From the human T2T-CHM13v2.0 reference genome, Homo sapiens, in the NCBI RefSeq assembly GCF_009914755.1, contig NC_060941.1: DNA of 64,000 nucleotides. One strand, written 5' to 3'. Position numbers and translations under genes: made by a program. Positions within the stretch are counted from its first letter, which is position 1. Every line of letters starts with the position of its first letter. Below the pieces are notes generated by a model that saw nothing but the letters and a program-made list of their open reading frames with translations, was not told the origin of the DNA and made no database searches. Of this stretch, positions 1-19,080 are shown in pieces.

Positions 1-449
1 GCTTGTCAGTCTGTGACCATTAAATTCCTCATTAGCAAACGAGATTTGGATGAGCCCATTAAGATGAGGGATGGCCTCACAGTGCAGCTGCCTGGGGTGA
101 GCTAGAACTCACCTTCTCCCTCCCTATTAGAAAACAATGCACCTCACATTCTGTGCACATTTCTCCAGGTCTACTACCTAGTCCACACAGGCCCCTTGGA
201 GTTATTCAGAGGACCAGCTTAAGGGACGGCCAGGGCACAACAGAAAAGCAAACAGCAGGACAACTGTTTGCTCACACATATACCCAGAGCCACCCAATCA
301 GGGTCTGGGCGTTTGCTGCTTCATGTTAAAGCTCAAATTCCCAAATGTGACGTTCAAACCCTTCCCAGTCCTCTCTCAGTCCACCTCTCCAGCCTCTTCT
401 CCTATCCTCCCCAAGTGCCTCTGCATTTTGGCAATGACAGATGACCTGA

Positions 450-610
450 TGCTGTGGCATGCTGGAAGTGGTTCATACCAGCACCCAGCTTGTGAGAGCT
501 GCTTTGTACATACTCAAAAGTTTTGCAAGGCAATTGGCAGCTTGAAATCAGCCGTGGTGAGAGTATTTACACCACAGGAATCAGCAAATGCCACAGTTAA
601 GGTTTTCTGG
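450..610. mobile_element. MER63-like hAT DNA transposon fragment
   Basis: TTGAAATCAGCCGTGGTGAGAGTATTTACACCACAGGAATCAGCAAATGC resembles the MER63 core. Confidence 0.5.
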
Positions 611-651
611 CTTTTTTTTTTTTTTTTTTTTGGTCAGAAATCTGGATTTTA

Positions 652-960
<309 letters not shown>

Positions 961-1223
961 TTAAACATTTGCCAACACACCCCTGTCTGCAGGCCTCTGA
1001 GCATGTCACGCCCTTGCATAGCCCCCTCGACCTTTAATGCTGTTCCCTCTGCCAGGTTCCACTCCTTCTTCCTGGAATGCCTCGCCAGTCCCTCTTCCCT
1101 GCCTGGTGAAAACCTAGACATTTGTTCAGGCCCCAGGGAGTCATCCAGCTCCCCATTCAGTGTTCCCACAGTGAAAGGGTCTTATGCCCTAGGCAGGACT
1201 TCTCGTCTTCTCTTCCACCTTAA

Positions 1224-1688
<465 letters not shown>

Positions 1689-2139
1689 TAGGGCCACCTG
1701 CTCTCTGGATTCTGCATACAACACCCCTTATGGCTTCCCTCAAATAATCACCCTTTGCCCCTGGTTTGCATAAAATCTCAGGCCAATCAACCACAAACCA
1801 GAGCATCTCTGAGTCTCAGTCCCAACCCCAGGATTGTCCCAGGATAGTCTAATCATCTGAGGCCATCAGGCAGGGTGTGGAGCTGGGAAAACAGCCCATC
1901 TCCCAGGCTGGAGGGCAAACTCCATCAGCACAGGGAACATGTTTCTTCATCTCTAAGAGAAGATCATGTTCTAGCTAAGAGAAGGTGCTTAGTAAATATT
2001 TGCAGAATAAATGAGTCACCTCACAGTTTGGGTCCTGCTCCGACGAACACATGACCCAGCTGGTCCCTGGAGAAGGAGGCAAAGGCTTTGAGGCATTCAA
2101 TAAGGCAACGCTGCACACTCAAGTCACGAGGCTTCCTTG

Positions 2140-2330
2140 CCCTCCAGTTACTAGCTGTGTGACCTTGGGTGAGTCACTTAACCTCTCTGTGCCTCAGAGG
2201 CCTCATCTATAAAATGAGGGTTTCAATTTTGCCTAACTTAGAGCCGTGGTGAGGATTACAGATGATCTTCCTGGAACAACTGGTGTGGCTCCTGGCGCAT
2301 AGTAGACACTCGACACAGCGGAAGCTGTTG
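2140..2330 (+). mobile_element. MIR
   Basis: TAGCTGTGTGACCTTGGGTGAGTCACTTAACCTCTCTGTGCCTCAG...CATCTATAAAATG MIR core. Confidence 0.8.
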
Positions 2331-2666
2331 TTCCCTGTTCTATGCTGAAACCACAGGACAGGGTCCCTCTCTGCTCCACCAGCAGGCTTCCTCCCCAGGT
2401 CTCATGTGACTCCAGCCAGCCACACACGCTGACCCTCTGCCAACCCAGCCAGACCTCTGTTCTCAGGGCGTTAAATGCAAGGGGAAGGCCACGTTGACAA
2501 CCAACTGCAGCCACGCCTCCTCTGCCCTCCCCAGGAGCCTGGGCTGAAGACTTCATCTGCTGTAATTAACAAGCCAACTGCAGCTGTCTTGCTCCATTAA
2601 TAGCAGATCAGCCTGTCGGGCGAGGGCTGACAGGGAGGTTGTGAACAGAAAGGTAAGAAGGAAGTG

Positions 2667-3251
<585 letters not shown>

Positions 3252-4917
3252 TCAGCCAGGCAGGAGACTGGTTAGGGGTAAGGGCCACTTCTACCTCCAT
3301 TCCTCTTTTTCCAAAGATGTTGCGATTCCTGCGACATGGGAACACGCAGCTGCTGGTGAGGAAGAGGTGGCTTCTTACCACTTAGGTCAATGACAGCCAC
3401 TTCCTCCCTTTTTAACAAGCAGGTACATCTCCTCCCCATCCCCCAGCATTGAGTCTAGATTCGCACAAATTGTTTTGTTACTGTTGCTTGCACACACCAG
3501 AGAAGAAAACAGAAGAAAGAAGGAACACAGTGACCCAGGCCCCACCTGTGCTGAGGGGCTGCTGGCCTCTGCGGGTGAGTTCCTGGTGTGTCTCCTTCCC
3601 CCAAATCCCTCCCGGGTCTGGCTGCTCTAAGCACGTGTGTGCTCACAGGCAGGTACTTGTGGGCTCGTCTCTGATGTATGCAGCACACAGACCCCTCGAG
3701 TCCCTGCTTCTAGCCAGGAGCCGTGTCTTTAATCTCCTCACCTTGGGAGGCATTGCAGCACTCTGGTAATTGCTTTTGGAAACATGGTCACCAGTTTAAT
3801 TGGTAGAACTTGTCCTGGGCGGTGTAACACCACCAAGCAACCTCAGGCCTATCTGTTTCTCCAGATGCCTTGGCAGGCACGTGACTATACGTGCATGCAA
3901 GCTCACCTGTGCATTGGAAAGTATGTCTGGGCTCAGCTGTGCATTGGAGAGGAGTGTCTGGGCTCATCTGTGTGTTGTGCAGGCTAGCTAGAGTGTGTCT
4001 CCAACCTCAGCTAAAGGCATGGCCAAGATCTACGGGATAAGGGAGTGAAGGGCTCCTGAGAGCTAGTGGGACAGGATGGAAGAGCACCAGCCCAAGCCCT
4101 GGGGGACTTCTCTGCCTTGTGACCAGAAAGGGGAGAGGAGATCTCCCACAAAGCCATCCAGACACCACCTTTGATGGGCTCCTTGCACTCTGCTGGGGAG
4201 GGGGTGGGCTGTATATCTTGCTCTGTGCCCAAGGAAGACCGCCTTGAACCTGTTGAGCTCAGCCAATGGGGTGCCCAGGCAGAACACTGAGAGAAGGAAG
4301 GGAAGATCGTGAGCTCAGCGCATTCGTTTCCCTGAGAGGCGGTCACGGGCTGAGGGCATTGCTCGGCTGAAAGTCCCAGCCCCATCAAGCAGACCCCTCC
4401 TCACAGCAGCGCTGTCTTGGGTCTGGTGACCCCCTCCTCTCCTCCGTGGTAGTAACAGTCCCCGCTGACACTCGCTGGAGCTCCACACTCTCCTCTCTGG
4501 TGTCCTGCACCTGCCCATGCCTGCAAACAGACCTTTTATGAAAATTACCCTCAAAACACACAGTCTGGCTGTGCCTCCACTTCCTGCTAGGACCTCGAAG
4601 GATCCCTCAGGTGGGAGGTGAACAGCATTTGGGGGAGACAGCCCCTCCTCTCCTGATTGTTTCTTCTCTGGTTTCCTTCTCTGTTGGGCCCCCATGGACA
4701 GATGAGCCCAGGGTGAGGGTGGCACAAAGTTATCTCGGGGGGACAGGGACAGCCCTTCTGCCCCTCGAACATTTCCCTCCCAAGCCTCTGCACCAGCTCT
4801 CCCACACCCCAAGCCAGGCTGGCCAGCCCTAGGCAGGACACAGAGGGGACCCACGACCACTCAGGCCTCCTCACAAGGGCCGCTGGCCCACAGCTGGAAG
4901 GAGGGAGCAAAGTAGGA

Positions 4918-5474
<557 letters not shown>

Positions 5475-7559
5475 TCAGCCGTCAGATGCCAGAGATTCCC
5501 AGGAGCAGTTACCAGGGAGCAAATCGCTGTGCTCCCGTGGAGATGCTGCAACCCACCCGCCTGCGCCCACCCAAAGGACACTCCACCCACACGACCCGGG
5601 TTATGAGATCACCTCCATTTCACCCTGTGCCCCCATGCCACGCCCCAGCCCAGCCCACACCCACGCCCTCCATCCCGGCACTAACACCAGCAAGGCCAGA
5701 GGTCTGCCCCGCCCTCCTCTCCCTCCTGCAGGGGGTCGGAGCCTGGGGGAGAGAAGCCCGCCCACGGGGTCTCCAGCCTTCCCCTGGGGGACTCTGCCTA
5801 GCAGAAGGACCCACAACCCGTCCAGCACTACTGCTAAGACGCTCGTGTCATTCACGCCCGGGACGCTCGTGATTTATGGACTTTAATTTCCCCAGATCCT
5901 CAGTGGCTTCCCTCCTTTCCCTCTGGCCTGTCAGGGTGTTTGTCTCCCAGCACCCCCAGCACCCCCCTCCCTGGTTTTTAATTTGAAGCATCTGTCTGGA
6001 GCATCCCGAGGAGGAGACGCCTGCGAGGCTGAATGCATGAAGCAGCTGACAGCTCTATTGATTTCCTCTCTCCCACCGCATAATGCAAGATATATACAAG
6101 CCGATAGGCCAGCCCTCTTTGAAGGGTCTGTGCCCTTTTTTCTCACTCTGATGTCCCCTCACCCTGGCACATGTTGATCTATAGGAGGGGTGCTTGTCCC
6201 TCATGCTGAAAATGCATTCTCCTCTGCCTCAGTGTTATTTTTCTCACTGTTGGTGGATGAGGCCTCATCTGTCCTTTCTGTGCTTGCAGATTGGACACCC
6301 AGGAAGCAGCTCTTGGAGTGAAAGGGGCCAGTAGGGAAAAGCAGGGGAGCTGGGGAGGTGTCATCTGTCAAAACTGACTCTGCCCCCCATGGAGGAGATG
6401 GTGCGGGGCTTTCGGAGTGGCCCTCCCCAGCCTCACAGGTCTGGGCAAGGAGGGCTGCTTTCCACTCCAGCCCACGCCTCCACCAGGTTGCAGGTTTTTT
6501 CCTCCAAATCCATTGGCAACTCTTGCCTGGGAATCACATTCAATTAACAGCCACAGAGCCGGCTGCTGGGCTAAGCATTTTTCTATTCTTGGTGCCTTCT
6601 GGTTTCTCATAAGCAGGGCAGCTGCAGACAGTTGTGCAGGCTGCACACAACTGGCCGCAGTGGCCTGGATCCTAGCAGGAATTAATACTCAACAGAAACT
6701 GAGGCTCAGAGCTCTCAGGAGACTCATTCAAATTCTCCCAGCCAGACACTGAATTTGAATCTAAGACTTCCTGCCTCCAGGAAGAGTTTTCCTCCCACCC
6801 TATCATACTGCCTCCTCCAGGAAGACCACCTAGATTGATACCACTCAATCTGATGCTTCTTTCATTCTTGTCACCCTGGAACTTATTTGCTATGAGGGTT
6901 TGCACATACTAGCAGGCTCCTCTGGAGGTGTTGGGTTTTCAGGACAAAGCAATATTCTACTCCTCTTTGTGAATCACCATCGATGTTACTCCTGGAGGAC
7001 TTTCCTGGCCTGTATCACCCCTTCCCCAGCCTGTATCAGACCCCCATGGCCTCCATCTGGTCCCACAATTCCAAACACTTCCTACACCTAGGGCCCAACC
7101 TCATCACTGCCTCCCTTACTATTCTGTGTGTCCCTTGAGATGGGAACAGGGACAGGATCTTATTTGTGCATCTTCACCACTTAGGTACCTAGAGGCACCT
7201 TAAAGACGTGCCCCATGCCTCTCCTCCCTTCTCCCACCCCAGCTCCCCACCCCATCCCGAGGCTTCCCACTGGAAAAGGTGTCCCCACCCGCTCTGGGCT
7301 GACATCAGCTGCCTTGCCTCCCAGAGTAGGGACGAGGCTCCTGGTAACTAGAGCCGACTGCACCCCGCCTTGCCACCCGTTGAGCCCGGGCAGAGGCAGC
7401 ACCCAGGGCTGTCCTCCTTACAGCATCCACAGAAAAGCTTTGAAACCCTAGGCTAGGTGCAAATAAGACAGTAGCCTGAGCCCATGAGTTACCTGGCCAT
7501 AGGCACAGAACAGAGATATCCATTATGAAAAAGAATGTCCTCGTGGTTTTGGCCTTCTA

Positions 7560-7790
7560 GTCAAGCGGCTCTCAACCACAAGTGGCATTGCCCTGCTTTC
7601 CCCCGGGGACATTTGGCAATGTCTAGAGACATTTTCGTTTCTCACAATTGTGAGGGTCTAGCATTAACCAAGTAGGGGCCTGGGATCCTCACAAGGCTCA
7701 GAAGAGCCTCAGCCCCTAAACAAAAAGTGAAAGTGACCCCATCCACAAAGGTCAACCATGTGGGGCGTGACAACCCCTGTTCCAGTCTGC
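7560..7790. mobile_element. MER20-like DNA transposon
   Basis: GGGGACATTTGGCAATGTCTAGAGACATTTT MER20 hallmark. Confidence 0.7.
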
Positions 7791-7946
7791 CTGGCCTTTC
7801 TTCGTGGCTTCTAGCTCAGCAGCAGGGAGAATGTTAAACCTGTCTACCTCTCAGGGGCTCACAGACTCTTTGGGGGCCAGGGGGAGAGTGAGTAACCAGT
7901 ATCCCTTTAAACTCACCATCTTCAGTTTCTAAAAAAAACACCAGTG

Positions 7947-8438
<492 letters not shown>

Positions 8439-10547
8439 TTAAAGGCCAGCCCTGCCGGCAGCCAAAGGCAGGGGCCTCTTGGAGATTAAATGAGATGGTG
8501 GATATGAAAGCACTCCACCAGGTATGAAATCGCATACAAATATTCCCGATAATTTATGGACATTTCTCTCCGCCTGAGCTCCCAGGAGTCGCGCGGAAGG
8601 GGCTATTCCGTTTCCAGCCGCGGCCTCAGCGCCCCCGTGCGGCCGCCAGTGGACACAGCACCCAGGGCGGGCCTTGCCTGAGAGGTGCGGGTTGGAGCTT
8701 TGCGAATCACCCCATAGAAGCTTCGCTGCAACCCTGCGAGGCGGGAGAGAGGCGACAGCACACACACTCCCACCCCCAAAACATACACACGCGTGCACGC
8801 ACACACACACAGAAACCAGGAAACCAAGGCTCGGAAGACCACCGCTGGGCAGTGAAGGAGGTGCTATGGACCCCAGGGATGGGCCCTTGGGTGACGATGA
8901 CCACAGCGGGCATAAGTGAGGCTGGAAGGGGAACTCCTGAAGGCCCTGAACTCCAGCCCAACTCCCCCTCCAGCCTCTTCTCCCCGACCCCCTGCCCCAG
9001 ACCCTCCTTACCTCTGCCACACTGAACTTCCCACTCATTCTCAGAAACACCCCGCATTCTCCTGACCCTGGGCTGACGTCAGCTCCCTCCATCCTTCTGT
9101 CTGGAAGTCCTTCTCCGGGCAAGCTGCTGCGCACCCCTCTCGGAGGCAGCAGACTGTGTCCCCTCCTCCACGAAGCCTTCCAGGACTCCCTCAGGAGGAA
9201 TTAGACCCCTAGCCTCTGGGCATCCTCCACAGCTTATTATGGGATCCCAACAGTCATGAGTGTTTGGAGCAGGAACCGCATTCTGCTTATTCCCAAGCCC
9301 AGCCCGATGTTCACCAAGTGAACGGAATGGATTGAATGGGGGAAAATCCTGGAGGTTGGGAAGTCTTCCCAGCCATGTGCCGTGCCAGCCCTCTGCCCAC
9401 CTGCGAGCTGGGGCATTGGGGTTTTTTTGACCCATCCTGGTCCTCTTTCCAATGTGTCCCTGAAAACTGAAGAGAGAACTCTAAACCATTTGGCCTTCAG
9501 AGGTGGCCAGAGTGGGGCTGCTGGAGGGAGGAGGGGAGGCCCGGTGACTTCTGAGGCCCTCTCTGCCCAGAGCCAGCAGAGTGAGGGAAGGGAAGGAAGG
9601 AAAAGGGTTGGATTGTGTCCTGTAGCTCCGGACATGCCCTCTGAGCCTCTCCTGCCTCCAGCCATGCTGCAACACACTGCTTGAGACCCTCCCTACCGCC
9701 TCTTGACAACAGCAATAGCCCTCACCATCCCGCAGCTGCCAGCACTGGACATTCCAGCCTACCAATGGCCAGAGCGACCATAACAGGCAGCCTGGGCCAT
9801 CCTGCCCTCGAGTCCGGGGCTTTCCTCTCCTGCAGGATCCACCCTAGGCCCTGGAGAGTTTTGTTTCATGTGTATATGGGAGTCATCAGGGAGGCTCATG
9901 TCCAGGTCAGCATCTGCTCAAGGTCTCAGGCTGTGGCACTCAGGGCCTAGGCTCTGCCCCCCTTGGTCTCTGACAGTCCCCGGCCACTCCAGGACATTTG
10001 GGGCTCATCTTCCCATGGAGCAGGGAAGCGTGCCCTCTGGGCACCTTGCCTCACTTTTAGTAGCTGCAGCTTATTTTGCTATTTGTCCCCCTTGGGGAGC
10101 TGGAGGTCTTTGGTACTTGAACAAATTTGCCATTGTGTTTTGCTACTACACGTCTATGGTCCCTTAAATTATACAACTCAAGAGGGTGAACATCTGTCTC
10201 CCTGGGATCGCTGCCAAAAGGGAGGTGCAGCTCCTCCTTCTATCCCCGTCCTTGTCCTGTCCGGCCGGCAGTGAGGCAAGAAGCACCAGTCATTCATTCA
10301 ACAAATAGTTTTTGGACCTACTACATGCCAGGCACTGCTTCAGGCACGTCAGTGTCTCCTTCTGGCTCTCCCTGAATTCCTCCCTCCATCCACCACCCCT
10401 TTATATGGTGAGTGATCTCAGATGCCGCATCCAGCCGGATCATCCTGCAATGTTAGCATTGAGCACTTACTGTACAGATGGGTACTGCACTTCGAGAGTT
10501 ATCGACAGAATGCTGAGCCCTGTCCTTGCCTTCAAGGAAAAGTGGTA

Positions 10548-10695
10548 AGGTGGGGCGTAGTGGCTCACACCTGTTATCCTAGCACTTTGGGGGGCCGAGG
10601 CAGGAGGATCCCTTGAGCCCAGGAGTTCGAAACCAGCTTGGGCAACCTAGGGAGACCATGTCTCTAAAAAAGTTTTAAAAAATTAAAAATAAAAA
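10548..10695 (+). mobile_element. FLAM/Alu left monomer inside L2 fragments
   Basis: Single Alu monomer plus A tail. Flanks resemble an L2 3' end (CATTCATTCAACAAATA...). Confidence 0.85.
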
Positions 10696-11779
10696 GAGTG
10701 GTGCGCATGTATGAAAAGTTAAACACCTCCACGCAGCCTACGGAGAAGTGATTGCAAGGAACCACTGTATGAGCGGCAAGCAACATAAGTCAAGGGTGAA
10801 GGGTCCTGCCTGAAAAAGGGGAGGCGGGAGCTGAGCTCGGAAGGACCAGTGGCACTTGGCATCAGAGTGGACAGCAGAGCAAATACCTGGAGGGCAGAAA
10901 GTGCCCAAAAGTGCCCCTCGGCTTGGCTGAAAGGGTGGTTGCTTGTGGAGGAGCAGTGGGGTAGAAAAGACCAGAAAGGCATCGCCTGAGATGGGAAGGG
11001 CTGGCAAAGCCGGGCTCTGAGGTATGGGAAAATCCTTCTCAGGTCAGAGCTGAAGCACTCGTGCTTCTCAGATCGGATCCGACCTTCAGACATCTAAAAT
11101 TAGGCTTCTGCCAATTAACTTTTCCCACTGCTAGAACCCCGACACATTTACAGTTGCAGAGACATCGTTCAGCTTCTTTAAAAGACTCTTCAGTGCTATT
11201 ACAATATTTTTGTGATCTCTCTGCAGCAAGGTCTATTGGTTCCTGTATCTCCAGCACCCCCAGGAAGGTGCTCAGCCTGAGCTTGTTAATGGAAGGGCAG
11301 GAGGGAGGAAGAAAGGAAGGTAAGTTAAATAAGTTCTAAGTAAAGCTCATGGCAAAGTGCTCTTTCCCTTCAGGAGGGCCGCTCTGTAATAATAAGCACG
11401 AAGCAATTACATTCTGCCGTGTGGTTATTAAATTTTGGGGAAACAAATATAATAAAATGTAGACATTTGTAGGGAGGTTGGAGATAAAATAAAAATGGAG
11501 GATAAAAATAAAATCGATAACCGCAGGTTGCTCAGAGTCTAACCTAAAGGATGTTAGGGGGAGAAAGGAACGCTGCCCTCCCCAGGCTTCCCAAGCCTCC
11601 CCAGGAAGTGGCCGGAGCCTGGGCTGGGGAATCTGCCCAGCAGGGGTTCAACTCCTGAGTCCACCTCTCCCCTCTGGGGCCGCGGTGAGACCCCGCAAGA
11701 GCAGGAGCACTCCCACTCACCATCAGCCCTAGGGGTGAGACACTTAGCCAGGGGCAGCGCTGCGACAGCTTTTGGAAGT

Positions 11780-11929
11780 ATTATTATTATTATCATTATT
11801 GCTAGAGATGGGGGGGGGGAGGTCTTACTAGGTTGCCCAGGCTGCTCTCGAACTCCTGGCCTCAAGCGATCCGCCTGCCTCGGCCTCCCCCAGTGCTGGG
11901 GTTATAAGCGTGAGCCACCGCGCCCGGCC
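11780..11929 (-). mobile_element. FLAM monomer
   Basis: Antisense left monomer, CpG-preserved, with a G10 run. Confidence 0.85.
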
Positions 11930-12515
11930 TTAACTTGCTTTCATTGTACACCAATTCCTAAGGGAATTGGAAGCAGCAAGCAGGAACGCTCCCTCTTATG
12001 GAAAGAAGAGCCCAGGGCCCTGGTCATGACAGGTTCAGGTGCCAAAAAGGAGACGGGAAGAAAACGTGAGGCGCCAGAACAACAGGTTCTACAAGGTGCA
12101 CACGAGGGTCCCTGCCATTGAATGAAGAATTTTCTGTGTGGATGCCCCTGCGCAGGTCCAATGAAAGCCGTGGAGAATAAGCGTTAGCTCTTCAAACTGA
12201 ATCTGAGCTAAAACCTAGCAAAGCCAGGCTGGGGTCTGAGGGGTTGCGGGGGAAGACAGGAAGGGGTGGACGGGGAAGAGGCGGGGGTCCTAGGAGGAAG
12301 GGATGGGGAGGAGCGAGAGGAGGGAGGCGGAGGGAGGGCGGCAGCCAGGATGGTCCATTCCATTCTTGGAGCTGCACTGTTGACTTCGACCACAAGGGGG
12401 CAGGGCTGCTGAAATTGGAAGTGCGAACGCCTACATGAGTCTTGATCCTCGGCAGGCACCGTACCCAGTTTCCTCCGTTGGGAGGGTTTAACTGCCCGGA
12501 AACGGAAGTCTCGTT

Positions 12516-12583
12516 CTTTTTCGTCCTTTTCCCCGGTTGCTGCTTGCTGTGAGTGTCTCTAGGGTGATACGTGGGTGAGAAAG
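12516..12583 (+). other. RPL38: RPL38 non-coding exon 1 with 5' TOP tract; two candidate donors (after 12548 and after 12583)
   Basis: CTTTTTCGTCCTTTTCCCC pyrimidine tract starting with C. Donors CT|GTGAGT and AAG|GTAATC. Exact TSS is inferred. Confidence 0.8.
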
Positions 12584-12755
12584 GTAATCTGGGGCAATCC
12601 ACTGCCAGGTGAAATCTGGGGACCCCAGGTCCGCGTGGAGGGTGTCGGGGAGGAGAAGGGGAGTGCGATGGGGCCGATATTTCGGGGGAGAGCGGGAAAA
12701 CGGGGTTCGCTGCCAGCCCCCGCGCCGTGTTAACGCCGAGGACTGTTTCCCGCAG

Positions 12756-12793
12756 GTCCTGGTCCGCGCCAGAGCCCAGCGCGCCTCGTCGCC

Positions 12794-12796
<3 letters not shown>
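12756..12796 (+). CDS. RPL38: RPL38 exon 2 (5'UTR plus the ATG as its last 3 nt)
   Basis: Acceptor TTTCCCGCAG at 12755; GCCATG|GTGAGT donor. Confidence 0.93.
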
Positions 12797-18667
<5,871 letters not shown>

Positions 18668-18696
18668 ACCAGACACACTGATTGGAACTGTATTAT

Positions 18697-18702
18697 ATTA
18701 AA
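18697..18702 (+). terminator. RPL38: RPL38 proximal polyadenylation signal ATTAAA
   Basis: ATTAAA 30 nt after the stop, followed ~17 nt later by the GU/U-rich GTGTCTTTCGTCTTT downstream element. Confidence 0.85.
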
Positions 18703-18816
18703 ATACTAAAAATCCTAAGTGTCTTTCGTCTTTGCGGATGGGAAAGGGAAAAATGCTACCTCGTAGTGGCTTCTGATGGGAACAGGACGCGGGTTCTGTT
18801 GCTGCCTTCCTGTGTC

Positions 18817-19080
18817 TTTTTTTTTTTTTTTTTTTCTTTCTTTGAGACGGAGTCTTGCTCTGTGGCTCATCCTGGAGCACAGTGGTGCGATATCAGCTCA
18901 CTACCACCTCCGCCTCCTGGGTTCAAGCGACTGTCCTGCCTCAGCCTCCCGAGTGGCTGGGATTACAGGCACACATCACCACGCCTGGCCAATTTTTGTA
19001 TTTGTAGTAGAGACAGGGTTTCACTGCCTGCCTCAGCCTCCCATAGTGCTGGGATTACAGGCATGAGCCTCCGTGCCCGG
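18817..19080 (-). mobile_element. Alu with left-arm deletion, just downstream of the RPL38 poly(A) site
   Basis: T19 tail, then antisense Alu. Confidence 0.92.

Noticed and set aside
8439-9134. 231-aa minus-strand ORF
   Set aside because: Crosses a CA repeat in GC-rich DNA; no domain or splice structure.
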